From positions 59,356 through 123,355 of the forward strand of contig CALEDJ010000045.1 in NCBI GenBank assembly GCA_937951485.1: a DNA stretch of 64,000 nt, given 5' to 3'. Source of the DNA: an uncultured bacterium. GTDB lineage: Bacteria; Hydrogenedentota; Hydrogenedentia; Hydrogenedentales; CAILVY01. Made by a program: the position numbers and the translations under genes. Positions 10,031 to 19,494 of the stretch are shown here, piece by piece (positions within the stretch are counted from its first letter, which is position 1; each line of letters begins with the position of its first letter). The notes below the pieces were generated by a model. That model saw nothing but the letters and a program-made list of their open reading frames with translations. It ran no database searches and was not told the DNA's origin.

Positions 10031-11028
10031 TGCAACTGCCCACGGTGTACGAAAAGAAACCGCTCCCGCTGCCGTCGCGCGCGCGCCTGCTGCAAGTCTT
10101 TCTCGTTGCGCTGGCGGTCACTGTGGCATTGCTGATCACGGTCTGGTATCTCTACTGGGCCACGCCCGGGCGCCGGACCCATGAGCGCTACCTGGGGCCG
10201 GGCGTCTTCGTGCGGGTGTCGCTCCAGCCCGCGCGCGCCCAGCGCTATGTCAGCCGGCTCGCGCCCACCGCCACGCGTTTCCTCACGACCGTGCCCAAGG
10301 TGACCTCGCTCCAGGCGCGCGCGTTTCGCGTGGACTGGCTTCACACCCTTCCCTATGAGTTCACCCTGCTTTTCGCGTCGGTGCTGCAAGGGGAGGTCGT
10401 CGCCACGCTCTTCGTCAACACCGTCCCTGAAGACACTGGATTCCCGCAGGAATTGAACCAGTCGCCGTTCTTCCGCGAGGCCCGGCGCATGGCGCGGATC
10501 GAATGGGACCGGGAATCCCTTGCGTTGGTGGAAAAACACGTGTACACGGCGACGGGGCGGATAGACCTGCCCCGGACCGACGGCGCGACGCAGGGGCTTT
10601 CCGGATGGGACCAACGCCCGCCGCCGTGGACCGGCAAGCACCTGGTCGAGTGTTCCGCTGTCAACCGCGACGGCGCGCTCGCCGCGCTCCACGCCGCGCT
10701 GATCCGCGGCGGCAACTACGGCCTCGCCGACGAGGATCACGCCGCGCTCAGCGCCGCGTGGTCGGCGATTGCGCAGATTCACTTCATCGGCGATTTGATC
10801 CGCGACGATCTCATCGAATTCACGCTTACCGTGCGCTGTACCCGGGACCGGCCGGACCATGTCGCCTATGCCGCCGAAATGGTCGCCGCCGGCGCCGCCG
10901 ACACGCTGGCCCGACGCCACCGCTTCCACCTTGAAGGCGGCGGCGACTGGCGCGACGCGCGCACCTACGCCGCGCAATACCGCCTCTCCGGATTCGAACC
11001 CGCGCTCCGCCGCGCATTGGGGTCATGA
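10021..11028 (+). CDS. Hypothetical protein with one N-terminal TM anchor
   Basis: 335-aa ORF with GC3-rich codon usage, overlapping the GNAT stop; TM segment LLQVFLVALAVTVALLITVWYLYW. Confidence 0.65.
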   Translation: MALMQLPTVYEKKPLPLPSRARLLQVFLVALAVTVALLITVWYLYWATPGRRTHERYLGPGVFVRVSLQPARAQRYVSRLAPTATRFLTTVPKVTSLQARAFRVDWLHTLPYEFTLLFASVLQGEVVATLFVNTVPEDTGFPQELNQSPFFREARRMARIEWDRESLALVEKHVYTATGRIDLPRTDGATQGLSGWDQRPPPWTGKHLVECSAVNRDGALAALHAALIRGGNYGLADEDHAALSAAWSAIAQIHFIGDLIRDDLIEFTLTVRCTRDRPDHVAYAAEMVAAGAADTLARRHRFHLEGGGDWRDARTYAAQYRLSGFEPALRRALGS

Positions 11029-11042
11029 CCCGGGGAGACGTG

Positions 11043-11068
11043 GTTCTGGAGTACAGGCTTTAGCCTGC
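11043..11068. repeat. REP-like element (GGAGTACAGGCTTTAGCCTG family)
   Basis: GTTCTGGAGTACAGGCTTTAGCCTGC; an inverted copy matching 25/26 lies at 45578-45603. Confidence 0.75.
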
Positions 11069-11096
11069 GCGCCTCTGTTGCCGGTTTCCGGCGCGG

Positions 11097-12176
11097 TCAT
11101 CTCCGGGAGAAGGCGCCCGCGTCGAGTCCCAGGGCTTCCTCGTAGATCGCCAGCACGTTCGCGATCGGATTGTCCGCCTGGATGCAATGCGCGGGGGAGA
11201 AGATGTAGCCGCCGCCTTCCCGGAACAATTCGAGGCGATGGCGCGCCTCGGCGCGGCACGCCGCTTCGGTGCCAAAGGGAAGGGTGCGCTGCGTGCTGAT
11301 CAGACCGCAGAAGGTCAATTTGTCGCCGAAGGCCGCCTTCAATTCTTCCGGGTTCATCCCATCCGGTTCCGGCTGCATGGCATCGAGTATATCCAGCCCC
11401 ATTTCGATGAAGCGGGGCTGCAATTTCCGCGTGTTGCCGCAGGAGTGCATCATGACCTTGCAGCCGTACTCATGCGCAAGGTCAATGAAACGCTGAAGAC
11501 GCGGACGGAAAAACGCGTCGAAGATTTGCATGGGAAACATCGGGCCCATCTGGTTGCCGGTGTCCTCGCCGAGACAGAGGATGTCAATTTTTCCCTTTGC
11601 GGCTTCCAGCGTGCGGCGCGCCACCTCGAAATACAAATCGCATCGCCTGTCAATAATGGCGACGCCCACCGGGTCCTGTGTGACGATATCCAGAATCACC
11701 TGTTCCATGCCCCGCCCCCGGCTCACGCCGTTGAGGATGTCCGGCATGCCCGCATGTCCGCAGCAGACCGCGTATTCCGCGAAGGCGTCGCAGGCCGCTT
11801 CTATCCCCGAATAGTCGTAGTCGTCGGGGCTTGGCCAGGGATATGCCGCCACGTCGTCCAGCGTTTTCAATTTGGCCAGCGCCAGATAATTCGGCTCCGG
11901 ATAGGCCCCGCCGTGGCCGTGGTCGAACAGCACATAGCCGGTGCCCCATTCGTCCACCATGTCAGACCCTTCCGGCGCCGGCGGCAGCGGTTTCACGTAC
12001 GGCGGATTCACGCTGCGCAAATCCACACCGAAACGGTCCAGCAGTTCCAATGGTTCCGAGAAACCGAAATGGTCCATCAGTTTCTGCTGGATTTCCGGCG
12101 TGAGATAGGTTTGGATCGGAATACGGTCCGGGGTTTCATGCGCAATGGCCGCGAGCACACGGTCTTTCGGCTTCAT
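11097..12176 (-). CDS. Uroporphyrinogen decarboxylase-like (MtaA/CmuA methyltransferase-like) family protein
   Basis: ETPDRIP, DEWG, GEDTG, MMHSCG, TQRTLPFGT, GGYIFSPAHCIQ motifs; RBS GAGGAAGAG. Confidence 0.85.
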   Translation of the reverse strand: MKPKDRVLAAIAHETPDRIPIQTYLTPEIQQKLMDHFGFSEPLELLDRFGVDLRSVNPPYVKPLPPAPEGSDMVDEWGTGYVLFDHGHGGAYPEPNYLALAKLKTLDDVAAYPWPSPDDYDYSGIEAACDAFAEYAVCCGHAGMPDILNGVSRGRGMEQVILDIVTQDPVGVAIIDRRCDLYFEVARRTLEAAKGKIDILCLGEDTGNQMGPMFPMQIFDAFFRPRLQRFIDLAHEYGCKVMMHSCGNTRKLQPRFIEMGLDILDAMQPEPDGMNPEELKAAFGDKLTFCGLISTQRTLPFGTEAACRAEARHRLELFREGGGYIFSPAHCIQADNPIANVLAIYEEALGLDAGAFSRR

Positions 12177-12286
12177 AAGGACTCTTCCTCTTGCGTTCCC
12201 CATCTTCGGTCACAATAGCAGAAATTTTCATTTTGATGCCATGCGCGGGTATCGCGACGCCGGCTATTGCCCCTGGCGTGCGCCTT

Positions 12287-12316
12287 TTGACATTAATACA
12301 AGGATTTCAGTATAAT
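12287..12316 (+). promoter_or_regulatory. Sigma70 promoter for tRNA-Glu
   Basis: TTGACA (12287-12292), 18 nt, TATAAT (12311-12316), about 95 nt upstream of the tRNA. Confidence 0.75.
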
Positions 12317-12410
12317 TCAATATACTTCGCAGCGGAATGGACCGGTCGCGTCTTTTCGGGATTGCCCTGACGATTCAATCACTACCCCCAAATCCGCAGC
12401 AAGTGTCTGC

Positions 12411-12488
12411 GTCCCCATCGTCTAGCCTGGCCTAGGACACCGCCCTTTCACGGCGGCGACAGGGGTTCAAATCCCCTTGGGGACGCCA
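12411..12488 (+). tRNA. tRNA-Glu (anticodon TTC)
   Basis: Acceptor stem GTCCCCA/TGGGGAC, anticodon stem CCGCC-CTTTCAC-GGCGG, T-loop GGTTCAAATCC, encoded CCA end. Confidence 0.97.
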
Positions 12489-12544
12489 TTTTCATTTGCG
12501 CCGCATTCTCGGTTCATAAGCACTGAAAGAGCAAGGACAGCACC

Positions 12545-13447
12545 ATGACGCTGGACGCCCTGAGATGTTTCTGCGCCGTCGTAGAGACCGGCGGATTCCG
12601 CGCGGCGGCGGAACGCGTTCACCGTTCGCAACCGGCGGTCAGCCAGCAGTTGAAATCGCTGGAACGGACCGCAGGTCGTCCATTGATTGACCGGCGGACG
12701 TGCCGCCCCACGGCGCTTGGGCAGGTCGTGTACGAACGCGCGCGCGCCATCCTGCAGGCCGCAGCGATGCTGGCGCGGGAAATCGCCGACGCCGAGGAGA
12801 CGCCCGGGCGGGAATTGCGCCTTGGCGTCAGCGACACCACCGCGCTTTACCTCCTGCCCGGCCACGTGCGCCGCTTCGCGGAGGCATTGCCGCAGACGCG
12901 GCTGGTGATGGTCACGCGCAATTCCGACGCTGTCGCCGAGGGCGTGCTGCGCGGCGACCTCGACCTGGGTCTCGTTACGCTGCCGCTCCGCCACCCCGAC
13001 CTCGAAGAGGAGCCGTTGTTCCGGCAACGGCTGGTCCTGGCCATGCCCGCCGGACACCGGCTCGCCCGACGCCGCAATATCCGTTTCGCCGACCTGGGTG
13101 ACGAACCCGTTCTCCTCATTGACGCGCATACCCGCACCGGCGCGATGCTCCGCGATGCTTTCCGTGACGCGGGATTCGCCCCGCAGACCATCATGGACAG
13201 CGGTTCGTTCGAGGTCATCAAGCGTTACATCGCCGAGGGATTGGGGATTTCCTTTCTGCCGGAGTATGTGCTGGACGACGAGGATGCCGCCATTCGCGCC
13301 GCCGTAGTGTCCGGCCTGCCTGAAATCGTCATCGGCGCGGTCTGGCAAAAAAGCGCCTACCTCGCACGGGCCGAACGGGTATTCCTGGACCTGTTGCGCG
13401 AAACGGCGGCGAAGCAGAAGCCGGGAAAGAAAAGACGGCAGGGATAG
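12545..13447 (+). CDS. LysR-family transcriptional regulator
   Basis: HTH FRAAAERVHRSQPAVSQQLKSLE; substrate-binding domain with GLGISFLP. Confidence 0.93.
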   Translation: MTLDALRCFCAVVETGGFRAAAERVHRSQPAVSQQLKSLERTAGRPLIDRRTCRPTALGQVVYERARAILQAAAMLAREIADAEETPGRELRLGVSDTTALYLLPGHVRRFAEALPQTRLVMVTRNSDAVAEGVLRGDLDLGLVTLPLRHPDLEEEPLFRQRLVLAMPAGHRLARRRNIRFADLGDEPVLLIDAHTRTGAMLRDAFRDAGFAPQTIMDSGSFEVIKRYIAEGLGISFLPEYVLDDEDAAIRAAVVSGLPEIVIGAVWQKSAYLARAERVFLDLLRETAAKQKPGKKRRQG

Positions 13448-13502
13448 GACGGTCGGCGGGGAGACGAGGGACGTGAGGGATGGCGGGAACAATACGTGAA
13501 AT

Positions 13503-13596
13503 ATGGTGGGTGCAGCGCGGCGAAACCCACCATGAGACCAGACGCCATGGAGACCATCGGTCGGTTGCGCGGCGCGGTCATGAGACCAGCCACAAC
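13503..13596. repeat. Cluster of REP-like palindromes
   Basis: ATGGTGGGT...ACCCACCAT hairpin, followed by GGAGACCATCGGTCGG..GGCGCGGTCATGAGACCAGCCACAAC, which is homologous to 7267-7315. Confidence 0.7.
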
Positions 13597-13697
13597 GGGA
13601 ACCGTCCCTCCTGTTCTTTTCGTCCTTTTTGTCCTTTCCGTCCTTTTCCGCCCCATTCGCGTTCATGCCGCAGTTTCGCCCGTGCTATGATGACATC

Positions 13698-15575
13698 ATG
13701 AACAACACAAAGAACATGCCCCCCGCCCCGGGGGAGCGGGGCGCGTTTCTGGCCTCATTTGACGCGGCCCAGGTGCCGTCGGCCCCGGGCTGCTACCTCA
13801 TGCGCGATGAAAAGGACCGTCCGATCTACGTCGGCAAGGCGAAGAACCTGCGCGCGCGCATCCGCAACTACCTGAATGAGAGCGATTCGCGGTACAGCGT
13901 GAAATTTCTCATGCGGCGTGTGGCCCGTATCGAATTCATTGTGACGGAGACGGAAAAAGAAGCGCTGTTCCTGGAAAACAGTCTTATCAAGGAACATCGC
14001 CCCAGATACAACGTCCGGCTCAGGGACGACAAGACCTACATCAGCCTGCGGATTGATCCGCGCGAGGATTTCCCGCGGGTGACGGTGGTGCGGCGTTACC
14101 GCAGGGATGGCGCGCGGTATTTCGGACCCTACGACAGCGCGGGAACGGTGCGCCAGATTCTTCGGTGGCTCCAACGCATTTTTCCGTTGCGGACCTGTTC
14201 CGACCATGTGCTTCAGAACCGGACCCGGCCCTGCATCTACCACCAGATGAAACAATGCGATGCGCCGTGTGTCGGCCTGATTGATCGCGAGGCATATCAC
14301 GAGACGGTCGCGCAGGTGATTCTCGCATTGGAGGGGCGCAATGAGGATCTCGAGCGGCTCCTGCTCGACAAGATCGCCGCGCATGCGTCGGCGCTGGAAT
14401 TCGAGAAGGCCGCCACGCTGCGGGATAGATTATATGACCTGCGGCGCACCCTGGAGCGGCAACGGGCGGTGGCGGTGCCCGGCGCGGAGGACCGCGACGT
14501 CTTCGGTCTTTACAACGAAGGCCGCTTCACCGAGATTCAAGTGCTGTTCTACCGGGGCGGCAAAATGATCGGCGGGAAGTCGTTTTCCTTTGAACGCAGC
14601 GAAATGCCGCTGGATGAATTGCTGAGTTCGTTGATTGTCCAGTACTACGCCGAGGCCCCGGCGATTCCGGCGGAAGTATTGACGCCGCTGCCGCTGGAGG
14701 ATGCGGACGCGATTGCCGAGGCGCTGACCGAACAGCGCGGCGCGAAGGCGGCGGTCCTCTGCCCGCAGCGCGGGGAGAAACGCGCGCTGGTGGCGCTTGC
14801 AGAGCGCAACGCGCGCCACGCGTTTGAGGAGAAGCGCATGGCGGAAAAGGCGCGCCTGGACGTGCTGGAGCAGGTGCAGCACATGCTTCGCCTGCCGCGC
14901 CTGCCGCGCCGCATCGAATGCTTCGACATCTCCACCATCCAGGGCGACAAGACCGTCGCATCCATGGCGGTCTTCGGGGACGGGCGTCCGGAGAAGGCGC
15001 GGTACCGGCGCTACGCCATACGCGGCGCGGCGGGGCAGGACGATTTCGCCGCGATGCGCGAAGCGCTCATGCGCCGTCTCGCGCGCGCCATCGAGGAAAA
15101 CGATCTGCCGGACCTGCTGCTGGTGGACGGCGGCAAGGGGCAACTCGGCGTGGCAAGCGCGGTGTTGAAGGATCTCGGCATCGAGGACCTGCCGCATGCG
15201 GCCATCGCCAAGGCGCGGCCCGGCGAAGACGAGGCGCGCGCGCAGGACCGTATCTTCACCCCCAACCGCGCGAATCCGATTATCCCGCCGCCGTCGCATC
15301 CGGCGTTGCTGCTCCTGGGCCGCATCCGGGACGAGGCGCACCGGTTCGCCGTGCGCTATCATGGGCAACGCCGTAAAAAGGCCGTGGTCGCCACCGTTCT
15401 GACCGCGATTCCGGGCATCGGCCCGGCCCGCGCGCGTACACTCTTGAATGTGTTGGGGTCCGTAGCCAAAATAAAGGCGGCCCCGGTCGAGGATATTGCG
15501 GCGCTGCCCGGGTTCAACCGGAAATTGGCCGAGGCCGTACTGGACGGGCTCGGCGCGACAGGCCGGGTGGAATAG
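13698..15575 (+). CDS. uvrC: Excinuclease ABC subunit C
   Basis: GIY-YIG (PGCYLM..IYVGKAKNLRARI), Cys cluster, RIECFDIS, LVDGGKGQL, RIRDEAHRFA, C-terminal HhH. Confidence 0.97.
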   Translation: MNNTKNMPPAPGERGAFLASFDAAQVPSAPGCYLMRDEKDRPIYVGKAKNLRARIRNYLNESDSRYSVKFLMRRVARIEFIVTETEKEALFLENSLIKEHRPRYNVRLRDDKTYISLRIDPREDFPRVTVVRRYRRDGARYFGPYDSAGTVRQILRWLQRIFPLRTCSDHVLQNRTRPCIYHQMKQCDAPCVGLIDREAYHETVAQVILALEGRNEDLERLLLDKIAAHASALEFEKAATLRDRLYDLRRTLERQRAVAVPGAEDRDVFGLYNEGRFTEIQVLFYRGGKMIGGKSFSFERSEMPLDELLSSLIVQYYAEAPAIPAEVLTPLPLEDADAIAEALTEQRGAKAAVLCPQRGEKRALVALAERNARHAFEEKRMAEKARLDVLEQVQHMLRLPRLPRRIECFDISTIQGDKTVASMAVFGDGRPEKARYRRYAIRGAAGQDDFAAMREALMRRLARAIEENDLPDLLLVDGGKGQLGVASAVLKDLGIEDLPHAAIAKARPGEDEARAQDRIFTPNRANPIIPPPSHPALLLLGRIRDEAHRFAVRYHGQRRKKAVVATVLTAIPGIGPARARTLLNVLGSVAKIKAAPVEDIAALPGFNRKLAEAVLDGLGATGRVE

Positions 15576-15608
15576 CAGAGAACAAGCGGGTACCGCAGGA
15601 GAAACATT

Positions 15609-16982
15609 ATGGGCGTGCTCTGGGTGCTGATAGCCGTGGCCGTCGTGGTGGTGGCCGCCGCGCTGGTGTATTGGACGCTGCTCCTTTCGATGTATCCCGA
15701 AACGCTGCGCACCAACGAAGTCTACGCCGTCGTCACCAACGACCTGTGGCGGCTGCGCGTGTGCCGATACCGAAGGGGCCGCACCGAAGGCGAACCGGTG
15801 CTGCTGGTCCACGGGTTCATGGCCAACCATCACAACTTCACCGAACCCGAGACCGGCTGCATCGCCGCATACCTGGCCAAAAAGGGCTATGATTGCTGGG
15901 CGGTTGACCTGCGCGGTACAAGGTCGTCCATCCCGCCTTTCGAGCACAACATTACCGAACCCGTATTCGACGACTTCGTGTATCGGGACCTGCCCGCCGT
16001 CATCATGCACATCAGAAAGACCACCGGCTATGCCAGGGTGCATTGGGTGGGACACAGCATGGGCGGCATGCTGCTTTACGCCTACGTGCAGGCGCACGGT
16101 GATGCGCATATCGCGAGCGCGGTAACGCTCGGCGCGCCCATCGGCTTCGAGGGAACAAATATCCGTATCCCGGATTTCGTCGTCCGCCTGGTGCGCCTCT
16201 TCCCGGCGTTCGCGGGCGCACTGCAGCGCGGATTCGTACCCATCGGGTTCACTTTCGGCATCGCACAGGGCATCTTTCCGATCAATCTGAAAAATGTGCA
16301 TCCCGACCTCCGCGTCGAGCATCTCTTCAACATGCTCGAAAGCCCCCAGCCGCATGTGCTGGAGGAAATGGCCTTCTGGACGAAGACCAAGACCTTCCGC
16401 ATCCGGGAGGACAGCATTGACGTAATCGAAGGCATGAAAAAAAACATGACCACGCCGTTGTTGGCCGTTTTTGCCGGACAGGATCCCTTTGTCTCGGCGG
16501 AGAAGGGCGAGAAATTCATCAACAGCCTGCCCCACCAAGACAAGGCGGTGCTGGTGTTGTCGAAAGAACGCGGCGCGGTCGAGGACTACGGCCATTGCGA
16601 TCTCGCGTTCAGCAAAGAAGGCGAGAAGGAAGTCTTCGAATCCATCGCCCAATGGCTCGAAGCGCATCCCATCACGGAGCGGGTCGCCCTGTTTGAAGGA
16701 GAAGAGGGCGGCATCCGTACTCCCCTGAAAGAAGATGAACGCGTCGGCATCCTTTCCGGCGCATCCTATGCGCACCTGCGGGAAGAAACCCCGAAGGAAA
16801 AACCGGCGAAAGCGCCGAAACGCAAAGCAACGGCAGCGAAACCCAAAGCCGCCGTGAAAAAGCCGGCGGCAAAGAAAGCGCCTGCGAAGAAAACGGTCGC
16901 ATCCGCCGCGAAAAAGCAGGCCGCCCCGCCAAAGAAAAAGGCCGCCGCAAAACCCGGCGGCAAGGATAAAGCCACTCCGTAG
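15609..16982 (+). CDS. Membrane-anchored alpha/beta hydrolase with a Lys/Ala/Pro-rich C-terminal tail
   Basis: N-terminal TM; LLVHG, VDLRG, nucleophile GHSMGG, DYGHCDL; tail KPAKAPKRKATAAKPKAAVKKPAAKK. Confidence 0.85.
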   Translation: MGVLWVLIAVAVVVVAAALVYWTLLLSMYPETLRTNEVYAVVTNDLWRLRVCRYRRGRTEGEPVLLVHGFMANHHNFTEPETGCIAAYLAKKGYDCWAVDLRGTRSSIPPFEHNITEPVFDDFVYRDLPAVIMHIRKTTGYARVHWVGHSMGGMLLYAYVQAHGDAHIASAVTLGAPIGFEGTNIRIPDFVVRLVRLFPAFAGALQRGFVPIGFTFGIAQGIFPINLKNVHPDLRVEHLFNMLESPQPHVLEEMAFWTKTKTFRIREDSIDVIEGMKKNMTTPLLAVFAGQDPFVSAEKGEKFINSLPHQDKAVLVLSKERGAVEDYGHCDLAFSKEGEKEVFESIAQWLEAHPITERVALFEGEEGGIRTPLKEDERVGILSGASYAHLREETPKEKPAKAPKRKATAAKPKAAVKKPAAKKAPAKKTVASAAKKQAAPPKKKAAAKPGGKDKATP

Positions 16983-17008
16983 TCATTAATGTCATAAAGG
17001 AACAGGCC

Positions 17009-17929
17009 ATGAGCAACCCTGTAAACCGCAGAATATTCCTGGGAAGCGCATTGGGTGCGGCGGCGGCCGCGGGGTTCCTGGGCGGCGCTTCGCGCACTGC
17101 GGCCGCCGAGACGGCGGCGAAGCCGCCGGTCTGCGTCTTTTCAAAGCACTTGCAGTTTCTGGACTACCCGGCGCTGGCGAAGACCTGCCGGGAAATCGGC
17201 GTGGACGGCGTGGACCTGACGGTGCGCGGCGGCGGCCATGTGGAACCCGCCCGGGTGGACCGGGATTTGCCCGCCGCCGTGGAGGCGGTCCGCACCGAAG
17301 GGTTGGATGTTCCCATGATCACCACCAGCCTCAACGACGGCGCAGACGCCGATGCGCGGCCCATTCTCGAAGCGGCGTCCAAACTGGGCATTCGCTATTG
17401 CCGCGTCGGCGGGCTGAAATACGATGCAGACGGCGAGATTCTGCCCCAATTGGCGGCGGCGGCGGAGAAACTGGGCCGCCTGGCGGCGCTCGCCGCGGAA
17501 TTCGGCATCTCGCTCGGTTATCACAACCACTCCGGCATGCTGAACATCGGCGCGCCGGTATGGGATGCGCACCGCATCTTTGAGCAGGTCGCGTCGCCGC
17601 ACCTCGGCGCCAACCTCGATCTCGGCCACGCGCTGGTCGAGGGCGCATTCGGCGACTGGCAAATCACCCTGCGCCTGATCCGGTCGCATGTGAAAATGAT
17701 GGCCGTGAAGGATTTCGTGTGGGAGAAGAACCGCCCGCGCTGGGTGAAGTTGGGCGAAGGCATTCTCCCGGGCGTGGAGATGCTGAACATCATGCGCGAC
17801 GGCAATTTCGCCGGGCCGGTTTCGATGCACTTCGAGTACCGGGTCGCTTCCAATGAGGCCATGATAGAGGAGGTCCGTCAGGCCACCGTCGTGCTGCGGG
17901 CCTGGCTGCAATCGGCGGGTTACGCCTGA
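17009..17929 (+). CDS. Tat-exported sugar phosphate isomerase/epimerase (xylose-isomerase-like TIM barrel)
   Basis: Tat motif NRRIFL; DLTVR.GGH, YHNH, DLGH, VKDF, MHFEY metal ligands. Confidence 0.85.
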   Translation: MSNPVNRRIFLGSALGAAAAAGFLGGASRTAAAETAAKPPVCVFSKHLQFLDYPALAKTCREIGVDGVDLTVRGGGHVEPARVDRDLPAAVEAVRTEGLDVPMITTSLNDGADADARPILEAASKLGIRYCRVGGLKYDADGEILPQLAAAAEKLGRLAALAAEFGISLGYHNHSGMLNIGAPVWDAHRIFEQVASPHLGANLDLGHALVEGAFGDWQITLRLIRSHVKMMAVKDFVWEKNRPRWVKLGEGILPGVEMLNIMRDGNFAGPVSMHFEYRVASNEAMIEEVRQATVVLRAWLQSAGYA

Positions 17930-18798
17930 CCTGCGCCGTTACGCAGCCGGGTGGAGATCATGCCGACCTGGCCGTAGCGCACGCCCATGTGCCGCGCCAC
18001 CACCTCGCACTTCGCGCGCAGAATCAGGTACACATCGCCCGGAAAGTCGTCCACCGTCTCATAATTGCCCTGCCCCTTGCCGAGAATGACGTCCGCCCGG
18101 CGCATCCTTTCCAGAAACCACGCCGGCACGAGATCCAGGGGGCTGCCGACAAAGGCCCCGCCGTTGTCAATCACCGGACAAACCTTGGTAAGCCCCGTCT
18201 CTTCCGCGTCTTCCATGATCGCGTCGTTGATGATGGGGCCGCCCTTGACCACCGCCGTCACGGCAGTGTGCGTCAGCAGTTCCTCAATCAGTATCTTGTC
18301 GAACACGATTTCCCCGGCGTTGTCCAGCAGGTAGAGCAGATCGCGGCACCGCGCGAGCGAGGCGCGGAACGCTTCCGAATGGTCCACCGCGAAGCGCTCG
18401 TGCATCACCTGATCCACAGCGGCGTGGATGTCAATCTCCGCCGCGTGCATGGTGCCGAGGTCAATCACGTTGCCCGCCGCCGCCAGATGCAGGGCGGCGT
18501 CCAGCGGGTCCGCGCTCTCCCGCACCATCCGCCGCAAGTCGTCCTCGATGGCAAGGGCCATCGCGTTCTGTTCCCGTTTCGCCTGGTGATAAGGGTCGGC
18601 CACGCGGGTGATCGCGGCGGTCTGAACATAGGCCGGCAGCGACAGGACCGCCGGGGATTGGTCAAGGTCCATCTCCGGGATGCGCCGCACGACCTCGTTG
18701 AGAATGCGGCGCTGCACCGCCGGGTCGTTCGTGGCGCGGCGCGCCGCGCGCAGCGTCTGCGTGACAATACATTCCAGGCAATCCAGGACGGCTTTCAC
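17920..18798 (-). CDS. DUF89/ARMT1-like damage-control phosphatase
   Basis: N-terminal DCLEC, AGNVID, LDNAGEIVFD, PIINDA, KGQGNYE, KC motifs. Confidence 0.9.
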   Translation of the reverse strand: MKAVLDCLECIVTQTLRAARRATNDPAVQRRILNEVVRRIPEMDLDQSPAVLSLPAYVQTAAITRVADPYHQAKREQNAMALAIEDDLRRMVRESADPLDAALHLAAAGNVIDLGTMHAAEIDIHAAVDQVMHERFAVDHSEAFRASLARCRDLLYLLDNAGEIVFDKILIEELLTHTAVTAVVKGGPIINDAIMEDAEETGLTKVCPVIDNGGAFVGSPLDLVPAWFLERMRRADVILGKGQGNYETVDDFPGDVYLILRAKCEVVARHMGVRYGQVGMISTRLRNGAGQA

Positions 18799-18981
18799 CG
18801 GAACTATCCCTTTTCGTCAATGGCGGATGGAAAAACGACGCGCCGGGCGCAACCGGCCCCGGCGCTTGTGCGAAGCACAGCGGAATCATAACACATCACC
18901 CGGGGAGAATGCGTCGTTTGACAGCGGATTGGACGCATTGGGGTATACTGTGCCCCCTTATCGAAAGGGCAGGAGGCGGAC

Positions 18982-19494
18982 ATGGCGATTGCGCTTGCGG
19001 TGTTGGGCTGGACGATGTTCGGGCTGGCGATCCTGACGGGACTGATCCTGAACCTTGTCGGCCTGTTCGGGAACTGGGTCATTCTCGCGGCAACGGCGGC
19101 GGCGTGGGCGGTGAGCGGCTTCGCGTATTTCGGCGCATGGACGCTGGCGATCATGACAGGGATCGCCGTATTGGGCGAGGCGCTGGAGTTCCTGCTTTCC
19201 GGCTACGGGGCGAAGCGTTTCGGCGGCGACAAGGGCACGATGGGCGCGGCCATCGCAGGATGCCTGCTGGGGGCGGTGCTGGGCACGCCGGTCTTTCCCA
19301 TTGCGGGGTCGCTCGCGGGCGCCTGCGCGGGCGCATTCCTCGGCGCGGCGCTCTACGACTACCTGCAACGCGAACGCCGCGCCGCCGAGGCGATGCGCGC
19401 GGGATTTGGCGCGGCGATGGGAAGGGTTGGGGGACTGCTGGCGAAATTCTGCTGCGGGCTGGCGATGCTGGCGGCGGCGTTCATGGGGTGGTGA
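18982..19494 (+). CDS. DUF456-family membrane protein
   Basis: RBS AGGAGG; hydrophobic Gly-rich helices; GAKRFGG..G..GAAIAG motif. Confidence 0.85.
   Translation: MAIALAVLGWTMFGLAILTGLILNLVGLFGNWVILAATAAAWAVSGFAYFGAWTLAIMTGIAVLGEALEFLLSGYGAKRFGGDKGTMGAAIAGCLLGAVLGTPVFPIAGSLAGACAGAFLGAALYDYLQRERRAAEAMRAGFGAAMGRVGGLLAKFCCGLAMLAAAFMGW

Noticed and set aside
11097-12176. True heme-pathway hemE
   Set aside because: It lacks the HemE RQAGR motif; it has the HSCG/Cys-type signature of the methyltransferase-like Uro-D paralogs
12411-13500. tRNA-Glu as a genomic-island integration site
   Set aside because: No integrase nearby, no duplicated tRNA 3' end seen, and downstream genes (LysR, uvrC) look native
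15609-16982. PHA synthase PhaC
   Set aside because: The nucleophile is Ser (GHSMGG) rather than the Cys lipase box of PhaC, and no phaE/phaA/phaB genes are nearby
18918-18949. TTGACA...TATACT promoter for the DUF456 gene
   Set aside because: The spacer is 20 nt, outside the usual 16-18 range
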